From: Candidatus Saccharimonadales bacterium
Lineage (GTDB): Bacteria > Patescibacteriota > Microgenomatia > Woykebacterales > RBG-16-39-9b
NCBI GenBank assembly: GCA_035480955.1
Contig: DATIHF010000006.1
Coordinates: 11,110 to 75,109, forward strand
Direction: 5' to 3'
DNA length: 64,000 nt
In this document: in pieces, positions 56,227 to 64,000 of the stretch
How the letters are laid out: each line of letters opens with the position of its first letter
How positions within the stretch are numbered: the first letter of the stretch is position 1
Translations under genes and position numbers: made by a program
Notes under the pieces: generated by a model
What the model was told of the DNA's origin: nothing
Databases searched by the model: none
Seen by the model: only the letters and a program-made list of their open reading frames with translations

Positions 56227-56624
56227 CAGCTGTTGCCGGCAGAGAGAGTACTTTTATTGAGGAACACTTTGACTTCAGAGAGGACTTGATCTGGATTCAT
56301 GGCGCTTTTTATGAGGTAGCCGCTTGCTCCTAAGGCAAAACCTTCTTTGATGATTGAATCTTGTCCTAAGTTGGTCAAGAGAACTACCGGCCCATTTTTT
56401 TGCTTGGGAGGTTTATTTTTCAGGTTACGCAAGATTTCCAAACCATCCATCTTGGGAAGCATAATATCCAGAAGAACTAGCTCGTAGCCTCCTTCAGTCA
56501 TTTTGTTGAGACCCTCTTCTCCATCAACTGCGAGTGAAACATCATAATTTTCCCCTTTGAGGAGCTCGTCATAAAGCTCTCGGAGAAATTCATCATCTTC
56601 AACTACTAAAATTCTCTGTGCCAT
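56226..56624 (-). CDS. Single-domain response regulator
   Basis: ILVVEDD, LLDIMLPKMDG, LLTNLGQ. Confidence 0.92.
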   Translation of the reverse strand: MAQRILVVEDDEFLRELYDELLKGENYDVSLAVDGEEGLNKMTEGGYELVLLDIMLPKMDGLEILRNLKNKPPKQKNGPVVLLTNLGQDSIIKEGFALGASGYLIKSAMNPDQVLSEVKVFLNKSTLSAGNS

Positions 56625-56710
56625 AATTGTTTCAGAGCAATTATATCGAGCGCATACAATCTCATTATCTTATCTAAATTACCTTAAGCTCGATATAGAC
56701 TTTATATGTA

Positions 56711-57052
56711 TTATCCCCTTTTAACTTTCTTTTGACAAGACAAACACAGGCTCGCGGTGGGCATAATTTTCAGTCTTTCTTCCTCGATCTTGTCACCAGA
56801 GGACAAGCAAATACCATAAGTCCCCGCTTCGATTCGTTTTAGGGCTCTTTCCACGTCAATCAACTCTTTTTTGAGCTCTTCGGCGGTAGCGAAAATCCGA
56901 TCGTGCTCCTCGATCTCGGTAATTGTGTCATCCAAAACAGCGGTTTCACGGTCGGTCTTTGCGTAGGGATCTTCTTTTTTTAAATAGATGATCTGCTTGC
57001 TAAGTTTTTCTTTTTGTTCAACTAATATCTTTTCAAAAATCTCGGTATTCAT
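56711..57052 (-). CDS. TraR/DksA family protein
   Basis: ALKRIEAGTYGIC..S...IEEERL..MP.A.LC..C; the second Zn Cys is replaced by Ser. Confidence 0.85.
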   Translation of the reverse strand: MNTEIFEKILVEQKEKLSKQIIYLKKEDPYAKTDRETAVLDDTITEIEEHDRIFATAEELKKELIDVERALKRIEAGTYGICLSSGDKIEEERLKIMPTASLCLSCQKKVKRG

Positions 57053-57869
57053 TGTTTCTCCTTTTGCGAAAACGTCCTAAACCAAAACCATATTTTCCTG
57101 CCTTGGCGCGATCCGCACTAAAGTCTCTAAATTGGTAAAAGTATAAAGAAAATCCCGCTAAAACTGCAAGCAAGAAGCTTGCGATATTTCCCAGTTTTAC
57201 GCCTAAAAGATAGGTCGAGTCTCCCCGGAAAAATTCAAAAATAAACCTTCCGACACTGCTCCAGAACAGAAAGTAAAGAAAAGTCTCCCCGGCTCTGTAA
57301 GTTGAAGGCTCTTTGAGTCGTTTTTTGTAAAAGCGGTAGAGAACTATAAAAAGAATTAGAGTAAAAAGAGCTTCATAAAGCTGTACTGGGTGTCTTTTCC
57401 CCTCCAGATTAACCAGGACGACTCCCCAGGGTAGTCGGGTCAGGCTACCATAATCATTGCCCGCCAGGAAACTTCCGATTTTAGCTAAAATTGTTGCGGC
57501 CATGATCGCGAGGGCTCCAATGTCGGCAATTGCCAAAATACTCCAGCGCCATCTCCGTAATAAAAATATACTCACCAAGGCAACCGCGATCGCACTCCCG
57601 TAAAAAGCAAAGCCGCCCTCCCAAAAATAAAGAATTGTGCGCAAATCAGAGGCAAAAAGATGGAAATTTATGATTGCGTAGTAAATCCTTCCGCCGATTA
57701 CCGCTGCAAGTAAATTGGCAATTGAGAAATCCATCAATTTTTCTTCTTGAAAACCTTGTTTTTTCCCTTCGCGCCAGATTATGTAAGTTGCCGCGGCAAA
57801 AGCTAGGGCAAGGAAGAAACCATAAGAATAGGCAGTAATTGGTCCGACTTTGAAAAGAATTGGATACAT
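57033..57869 (-). CDS. lgt: Prolipoprotein diacylglyceryl transferase
   Basis: MYPILF, GGRIYY, W.GG..FYG, RHPVQLYE, RFIFEFFRGD. Confidence 0.9.
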   Translation of the reverse strand: MYPILFKVGPITAYSYGFFLALAFAAATYIIWREGKKQGFQEEKLMDFSIANLLAAVIGGRIYYAIINFHLFASDLRTILYFWEGGFAFYGSAIAVALVSIFLLRRWRWSILAIADIGALAIMAATILAKIGSFLAGNDYGSLTRLPWGVVLVNLEGKRHPVQLYEALFTLILFIVLYRFYKKRLKEPSTYRAGETFLYFLFWSSVGRFIFEFFRGDSTYLLGVKLGNIASFLLAVLAGFSLYFYQFRDFSADRAKAGKYGFGLGRFRKRRNNEYRDF

Positions 57870-57899
57870 GACTAGTAATCTATTATAACAAGAAACCTT

Positions 57900-59120
57900 C
57901 TAGAAACTTTTGGCTCTTCTGGGTCTGAGACGGTAAATCCCAAAAGTAAAAACCACCAAACCAAGCGTCAAAAGCACACTTCTGACTCCAAACAAATCCC
58001 CGATTGCTCCAGAAAGCAGAACTGGTAGAGCGGCCACCCCACTGATAAATGTAGACAAGAGCCCATAAGCTCTCCCCCGCAAACCCTCGGGGGTATTTTT
58101 TTGGAAACTTGTCGTCACTGGGATTGTGACCAGGGCATTGCCGATCCCCAGAACAAAAATTAAAAACAAAGAAGTAATTTGTAAAACTCGCCCGACACTG
58201 CCCCGATCCAAAAATGCTAGTAGCAAAAAAGTCACTCCTAATCCTAGCAGTCCAGTGTTGATCAGACTTCTCTCGGTGAAACGCTCACCGAAATTACTAA
58301 GAAAAAACGAACCTACGACCATACCCACCACTGCCGGAGCTATGACGACTGCGGAAGCGTAACGCACGTCTAAATTTAGAATCTTATCGACATATCCTGG
58401 TCCAATTGTTGCTAAAATGAAAAAAATTGTCGTGGTCAGTGTCAGGAAAAATATTGAATCTCTGACTATTTTGTTTTTGAAAATAAAGATGATCCCTTCG
58501 AAAAAATTCTGCATCAGACTTGTGTGTGAAACTCTAGATTCTGACTGAATATTTTTCGGAAGTAGTAAATTTAAGACAAAAGAAAAAATAAATAAGAACA
58601 AAATCGCAAAGAGAGTGTAGTCTTCACCAACCAACTTTAAAGCAAATCCTCCTGCTAAAAACCCAATTATTAGAGAGAGCTGCAGAGTCAAAGAAAATAA
58701 GCTATTCGCCGAAATCAATTGTTTTTCTTCAACAATTGCGGGGATTGCGGAGCCTTCAGCGGGAACAAAAAAGGTAGTAGCAATAGCAAGTGCGACAACG
58801 GCGAGGAAAACAAAATAAGTTTGTCCTAGGAATAAAATCAAGAAAACTAGTACTACTGATCGGAGTAAATTAGTGAAAAGCAAAACCCTCTTGAGATTTA
58901 GCTGGTCAACATAAACTCCTGCTAAATAGCCAAAGATAATTGAAGGTAAGGTAAAGCAAAGAATTAAAATACTAACGGCAGTATTTTTCTTGGTAATTTC
59001 ATAAACTTTGAGGGTTAGAACAAAATAGAGTGCGTTTAGACCTATTTGTGAGGTAATTTGCGCAAACCAGAGGTATAGGAAATTTAAATTAGAAAAAACC
59101 TTGGGAAAGATTTTCTTAAT
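57900..59120 (-). CDS. MFS transporter (probable ATT start at 59120)
   Basis: The frame is open upstream of the track start and encodes MFS TM1 (NFLYLWFAQITSQIG); GAGGAG lies 7 nt before ATT. Confidence 0.85.
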   Translation of the reverse strand: MKKIFPKVFSNLNFLYLWFAQITSQIGLNALYFVLTLKVYEITKKNTAVSILILCFTLPSIIFGYLAGVYVDQLNLKRVLLFTNLLRSVVLVFLILFLGQTYFVFLAVVALAIATTFFVPAEGSAIPAIVEEKQLISANSLFSLTLQLSLIIGFLAGGFALKLVGEDYTLFAILFLFIFSFVLNLLLPKNIQSESRVSHTSLMQNFFEGIIFIFKNKIVRDSIFFLTLTTTIFFILATIGPGYVDKILNLDVRYASAVVIAPAVVGMVVGSFFLSNFGERFTERSLINTGLLGLGVTFLLLAFLDRGSVGRVLQITSLFLIFVLGIGNALVTIPVTTSFQKNTPEGLRGRAYGLLSTFISGVAALPVLLSGAIGDLFGVRSVLLTLGLVVFTFGIYRLRPRRAKSF

Positions 59121-59147
59121 CGGTTGACTCCTCTTTAAATCAAATGA

Positions 59148-60572
59148 CTAAAGTTGGTCAATTAATTTTAGTAGAGTTTGGACCCCAACACCAGTAGGTC
59201 CTTTGGCGAGATAGGGTTTCTCACCTTCATTCCAGGCAGTGCCGGCAATATCAAGATGAGCCCAGGCGACTTTGTTATCGATAAATTCTTGCAAGAACAC
59301 TGCCCCCGCGATCACTCCTGCTCCTCTGCTGGGAGGAACATTGGCCAAATCGGCAACCTCGCTGCGTAAAAATTCTTTGTGTTCCGGGTAAAGGGGCAAT
59401 TGCCACATCCTTTCCCCCACTTCTTTACCGCTTTGGATCACTTGATCAATAAACTCTTGATTGTTTCCCAAAATTGCTGTGGCCTCATAACCAAGTGCAA
59501 CAATCGCCGCCCCAGTGAGAGTTGCCAGGTCAACGATCTTTTGCGCACCTTGTTTTTGGGCAAGCAGTAGCCCATCAGAGAGTACAACTCTGCCCTCAGC
59601 ATCGGTATTGATTACTTCAATGCTCTTACCGTTGCTTGCTTTGACAACATCACCAGGTTTGAGGGCGCCCCCGCCAGGAAGGTTTTCTGTAAGGGGGGTA
59701 ACTCCAACAACATTAATTTTGGGTTTTAAGATCCCAACAAGTTTCATGAAGCCAATTGTCGCGGCTGCACCGGCCATATCCATTTTCATATCGTGCATTT
59801 TTTCTGAAGGTTTTATTGAAATTCCCCCTGAATCAAAGGTGATTCCTTTACCCACTACTCCAAGAGTTGGAGCATCTTTGCCGTAAAGATACTTCAGGGA
59901 GACCATGTAGGAAGGTTCGTGACTTCCTTTGGCAATACCCAGAAAAGCCCCCATTCCCTCTCGAGCCGCCTGTTTTTCATCATAAACTTCGATTTTTAGT
60001 TTTTGTTCACGGGCGATCTTTTTCGCTTCCTCAACCAAATGAGATGGAGTCAAAAGATTGGCAGGTTGAGCAACTAAGGCTCTGACCCAGTTGGTTGTTT
60101 CTGCGGCACTCTGAGCTTTTTTAATTTCAGATGAGGAGAATTTCCCAATTATCATTAACTCTTCGAACTTTCCTGGCTTTTCTTTCCCGGTTTTGGCAAC
60201 TCCTGGATCAAATTCTCCCAAGACTACCCCTTCGATGATCAGACTTGGTTGAGAATAAATTTTTGCGTCAAATGCAATTTTTTTAACTTTATTTTTGAGT
60301 AAACGTCGCGCAGCGGCTCCGGCAACATTGCGCCCGATTCGCGCATCGAATTCACCTTTTTTACCAGCACCAACTAACAATATTTTCGGGGTTGAGGACC
60401 CAGCGGGAATGAGAAAAGTTTCGTAAAGTTTTCCACTAAAGTCGTTCTCTGTCAGATTTGCGGTAGTTTTGACGACATTTTGTAGAAAATTTTTATCTCC
60501 TTCAAAAATAGGGAAAACAAGGGCTTCGGTTTGAATTTCTTCAATTGGAGACTCTGTAGAGATAATCTTCAT
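59148..60572 (-). CDS. pepA: Leucyl aminopeptidase (M17)
   Basis: GKGITFDSGG, MKMDMAGAA, NTDAEGR, ATLTGA. Confidence 0.95.
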   Translation of the reverse strand: MKIISTESPIEEIQTEALVFPIFEGDKNFLQNVVKTTANLTENDFSGKLYETFLIPAGSSTPKILLVGAGKKGEFDARIGRNVAGAAARRLLKNKVKKIAFDAKIYSQPSLIIEGVVLGEFDPGVAKTGKEKPGKFEELMIIGKFSSSEIKKAQSAAETTNWVRALVAQPANLLTPSHLVEEAKKIAREQKLKIEVYDEKQAAREGMGAFLGIAKGSHEPSYMVSLKYLYGKDAPTLGVVGKGITFDSGGISIKPSEKMHDMKMDMAGAAATIGFMKLVGILKPKINVVGVTPLTENLPGGGALKPGDVVKASNGKSIEVINTDAEGRVVLSDGLLLAQKQGAQKIVDLATLTGAAIVALGYEATAILGNNQEFIDQVIQSGKEVGERMWQLPLYPEHKEFLRSEVADLANVPPSRGAGVIAGAVFLQEFIDNKVAWAHLDIAGTAWNEGEKPYLAKGPTGVGVQTLLKLIDQL

Positions 60573-60688
60573 TGCAGGAGGAATTTTAACAAACTAATCC
60601 TTATTTGACAATCTTTTTTCTAAATTTTATTGCTTTTTTATTACAAATCTCTAAAGTAATTTTCGACTAAAAATTTTACTGTTAAGTC

Positions 60689-62920
60689 ATGGATTCTTAC
60701 TACTATTTATCTAGAAAATTAAATCGAGAAAAATTCTTTAAAAAAAGCAAATTTAATTTTAAATCTTTTGTGAAAATAGTTGGGATTTGTTTGATTTTTT
60801 TGGTCTTTCTTTCTGTAGTTACTTTGTCAATTTTTAGCACTGGTGTACTAGCAGAATATCAAAATTATTTTTCCGAACCTAAGATGCTCTCCTATAATGT
60901 GAACAATTTAACAATTTTTGATCGCAATGGAGATGTGCTTTACCGAACTCCAGGACGCTACAATACCCAACTAATCCCTTTGAAGGATATCTCCCCCAAT
61001 TTAGTTAAAGCAACTCTCGCAACTGAAGATAAAGATTTCTACAAACATAACGGTTTTTCCATAAAATCCATTGCCAGAGCCCTACTCACCGATGTCAAAA
61101 ATCAAGATCTCTATAAACAAGGTGGTTCAACTATCACCCAACAGCTTTCCCGAACTTTCTTTTTAAACAACGACAAATCTCTCGTCCGCAAAGTTAAAGA
61201 GCTGGTCTTGGCAACCGAGATTGAAAGAAGATATTCAAAGAACCAGATTTTGGATTTTTATTTAAACAATGTTTACTACGGCTCAGGAGCTTATGGGGCA
61301 CCGGAAGCTTCGAGAGTTTATTTCAACAAAGATGTCAAAGATCTCACCCTCTCAGAAAGCAGTCTCCTCGCAGCTCTCCCCTCTGCACCAACAGAGCTTT
61401 CCTTGATCAGTGGCGATAAGGAAAGGGCCTTTCAGAGACAGGCGTATATTTTAAATACCTTAGCTAAAAAAGGAGACTATTCTCCCAAAGAAATCGAAAC
61501 TGCTAAAGTAGAAAAACCGACTATCAATACAGCTGAACCAGTTTATGCTGACGCTCCTCATTTTTCGGTAATGGTCAAAAACCAACTGAAAGCCCTGTTT
61601 CCAAATATTGATATTAATAATTCTGGTTTGAGAGTTTACACAACGATTGATAAAAAACTCCAAAACAAAGCGGAAGATTTGGTAAAAGAAAGGGTCAAAG
61701 CCCTCGCTGGAAAAAATGTCACCAATGGTGCTTTTCTATCCACCAACCCCCAAACTGGTGAAATTTTGGCTCTGGTGGGTTCAGTTGATTTTTCTCAACC
61801 GCAATGGGGCAGCGTCAACGTCCTCACCTCTCCCCGCTCTCCTGGTAGTTCAATCAAGCCCTTGGTTTATGCTAGCGCGATCGACTCAAAAGCAATTGCA
61901 ACTACCACAGTTTTACACGACGAAAAGACTACTTACAAAAATGAGTGGGAGACCTACACTCCAGTGGACTCTGATGGAAAAACTAGAGGAATAGTATCTC
62001 CGCGGATTGCCCTTGCCAATTCCCTAAACATACCAGCGGTTGAAGTAATTTCGAAAAATGGCTTAGCCAGGACTCTACAGACTGTTAATCATCTGGGAGT
62101 CACTGGTTTGAAACAACCGACTGATTACGGTCTCTCTTTTGTCCTCGGTGGTGAAGAAGTCAAAGGCCTCGATATGGCTGCTAGCTACGCTGTTTTTGCC
62201 AACGGAGGCAACCTGATCAAACCTTGGGGTATCAAAGAAGTCAAAGATCGCTTTGGCAAAGAGCTCTGGTCACAAAAGGTTGAAAAAACCCAAGTCTTAA
62301 ATCCCCAAATTAGCTATATCATCACTAATATCCTTTCGGATAACAAAGCTAGAGAGTTACTTTTTGGCCCACATAATCCTTTGGATATCGGTCGAGCGGC
62401 GGCAGTAAAAACCGGCACTGGGGAAGATTTCAAAAATGCTTGGACGATCGGCTACACACCCAGCCTACTGGCTTTGGTTTGGGTGGGTAACAACGATGGC
62501 TCTCCAATGAAAGACATTTGGGGGTTAGAATCAGCGGCCTTAATTTGGAATCGTTTTATGACTTACTCTCTGTCGGGGACCAAAGTTGAGCAATTTGACC
62601 CACCCTCTGGTCTGCAACAGATTTCTGTCTGTGCACTAGACGGGAGCAAGGCGGTTTCTGGACAACCCACTTTGAAAGAAATATCACTTTCTGGGGAAGA
62701 ACCGACTGACTACGGAAAGTGTGGATTTATGAAAATGCAACAAGATGAACAAATCGCCAAAGCCGAGGCCGAAAAACAACAGCAACTCTTGCAATTACAG
62801 GAAAACCAACCGTCAGAACCTTTACCTCCAGATCAAAATAGCCCAGGGACCGGTAACAGCTTACCTTCAGACGGTCAGGATAGTGGTCCAGGAGTGGGTA
62901 CAGATAAACCTAAACAATGA
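60689..62920 (+). CDS. Class A penicillin-binding protein (PBP1A family)
   Basis: EDKDFYKH, GGSTITQQ, RKVKE, SSIK, SLN, KTGT. Confidence 0.95.
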   Translation: MDSYYYLSRKLNREKFFKKSKFNFKSFVKIVGICLIFLVFLSVVTLSIFSTGVLAEYQNYFSEPKMLSYNVNNLTIFDRNGDVLYRTPGRYNTQLIPLKDISPNLVKATLATEDKDFYKHNGFSIKSIARALLTDVKNQDLYKQGGSTITQQLSRTFFLNNDKSLVRKVKELVLATEIERRYSKNQILDFYLNNVYYGSGAYGAPEASRVYFNKDVKDLTLSESSLLAALPSAPTELSLISGDKERAFQRQAYILNTLAKKGDYSPKEIETAKVEKPTINTAEPVYADAPHFSVMVKNQLKALFPNIDINNSGLRVYTTIDKKLQNKAEDLVKERVKALAGKNVTNGAFLSTNPQTGEILALVGSVDFSQPQWGSVNVLTSPRSPGSSIKPLVYASAIDSKAIATTTVLHDEKTTYKNEWETYTPVDSDGKTRGIVSPRIALANSLNIPAVEVISKNGLARTLQTVNHLGVTGLKQPTDYGLSFVLGGEEVKGLDMAASYAVFANGGNLIKPWGIKEVKDRFGKELWSQKVEKTQVLNPQISYIITNILSDNKARELLFGPHNPLDIGRAAAVKTGTGEDFKNAWTIGYTPSLLALVWVGNNDGSPMKDIWGLESAALIWNRFMTYSLSGTKVEQFDPPSGLQQISVCALDGSKAVSGQPTLKEISLSGEEPTDYGKCGFMKMQQDEQIAKAEAEKQQQLLQLQENQPSEPLPPDQNSPGTGNSLPSDGQDSGPGVGTDKPKQ

Positions 62921-63995
62921 CTTGCTTAATTTCTTTAGGAGCCTTAGTCAGTACTACTGGCCCCTCTTTTGTGACTAAAACCATATCCTCGATCCTCACT
63001 CCGCCCCAAAGAGGTTCATAAATTCCCGGCTCAACTGTAATAACATTTCCCTCTTCCAATTTTTCTTTTGTTCTGAAGTTGACCATGGGTAGTTCGTGAA
63101 CCGCTAGTCCAACTCCGTGTCCAACACTGTGGCCAAAAGCAAATTTGGAGTTTTCGTTTAGAAAAGTCCTAGCCGCTAGATCAACATTTTTATTTGCGTT
63201 GCCGACTTTTACTTGCTCAATACCTTTTTTTTGTGCTTCCAAAACAAGATTGTAAACTTCTGCTTGTTTTTTGCTTGGCGAACCAAGAAAAACAACCCGA
63301 GAAATATCTGAGCAGTAACCTTGGTAAACGCCTCCCCAATCAAGCAAAATTTGATCGCCTTTTTTTAACTTTCTTTCCCCTGCCGAGTAGTGAACTTTTG
63401 AAGAGTTTGGGCCTGAAGCAACGATAAAAGGATCCCAAGCGTTTTTCTCTGCACCCAAATCTTTCATAAACTTTTCCAATTCCACAGCAATTTCTTTTTC
63501 AGTTTGGCCTACTTTGATATTTTTTAAAATGTGCTTGAAAGCTTGGTCAGAAATAAAAGCTGCCTTTTGCAATAATCTTATTTCATTAGAATCTTTTTTG
63601 GCTCTTAGTTTTTCAATTAAATTTGTAGTTGAAACAAGCTTTTTTGCACTAGAGTGTTTCTTGAAATTTTTAAATTGGGCAACTGAAAGATCCTCTCCTT
63701 CAAAACCAATCCGGCTCCCCTCTACTTCGGTAAAGAGTTTCTCCCAGAAATTTTCATCACGACCAATCTCTCGCATTTGAAAATGTGGGACTTTTTCGAG
63801 TGCTTCTTCGGTGTAGCGACTATCAGTAATCAAAAATGCTTTTTTTTGGGTAATCAATAAATAGCCTGATTCGCTGTCCGCTGCCCAACCAGTTAGGTAG
63901 TGACGGTTTATAGTAGAAGACACCAACACTGCGTCTAGCTTCTTAATTTCTAGCTTTTCGCGAAGTAGTTTGAGACGATTAGTTGAGCGTTGCAT
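62910..63995 (-). CDS. Xaa-Pro aminopeptidase (M24)
   Basis: GYCSDISR, HSVGHGVGLAVHE, TVEPGIY, GVRIED. Confidence 0.93.
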   Translation of the reverse strand: MQRSTNRLKLLREKLEIKKLDAVLVSSTINRHYLTGWAADSESGYLLITQKKAFLITDSRYTEEALEKVPHFQMREIGRDENFWEKLFTEVEGSRIGFEGEDLSVAQFKNFKKHSSAKKLVSTTNLIEKLRAKKDSNEIRLLQKAAFISDQAFKHILKNIKVGQTEKEIAVELEKFMKDLGAEKNAWDPFIVASGPNSSKVHYSAGERKLKKGDQILLDWGGVYQGYCSDISRVVFLGSPSKKQAEVYNLVLEAQKKGIEQVKVGNANKNVDLAARTFLNENSKFAFGHSVGHGVGLAVHELPMVNFRTKEKLEEGNVITVEPGIYEPLWGGVRIEDMVLVTKEGPVVLTKAPKEIKQVIV

Positions 63996-64000
63996 CTTTA

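Noticed and set aside
596-63780. Numerous antisense or overlapping ORFs in the track (e.g. 596, 23005, 27903, 46666, 59515)
   Set aside because: Shadow frames of well-supported genes.
1-64000. Alternative genetic code, CRISPR arrays, tRNA/rRNA, reverse transcriptase or transposase
   Set aside because: Conserved genes are intact under code 11 with TGA used as stop, and none of these elements was recognised by eye.

Overview
A 64 kb chromosomal segment that looks like a Patescibacteria (CPR, Microgenomates-like) bacterium using genetic code 11. This taxonomy is inferred from the gene set: stand-alone VirB4/VirD4-like ATPase, membrane-anchored ClpA/B, orphan receiver-only regulators, DUF192, Gmad2 and yebC-ruvC. 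The window appears to span the replication terminus: genes are mostly + strand up to about 43 kb and mostly - strand after it, and a palindromic dif-like site (ACGTCGCATAA-GATACA-TTGTGCGACGT, 43462-43489) sits in a gene-poor gap at the switch. Many housekeeping genes look leaderless (a -10 box about 6-15 nt before the start, no SD). Interspersed islets of small orphan genes carry strong SD sequences, their own promoters and terminators. No rRNA, canonical tRNA, CRISPR array, transposase, integrase or prophage was recognised. The best candidates for new biology are: (1) a promoter- and terminator-bounded, highly structured non-coding RNA of about 410 nt at 24.27-24.69 kb with tmRNA-like hallmarks but no canonical T-arm or tag; (2) a J-domain protein whose Ig-like domain seems to lack its last strand, followed by three separately initiated genes that each begin with a candidate donor beta-strand; (3) a uORF upstream of yebC that re-encodes the YebC N-terminus with synonymous codons; (4) an anti-Shine-Dalgarno-rich sRNA of about 85 nt at 52.43-52.51 kb; (5) a leader-peptide attenuator in front of orphan zinc-binding microproteins. 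All calls come from reading the sequence by eye; no searches or folding programs were run.
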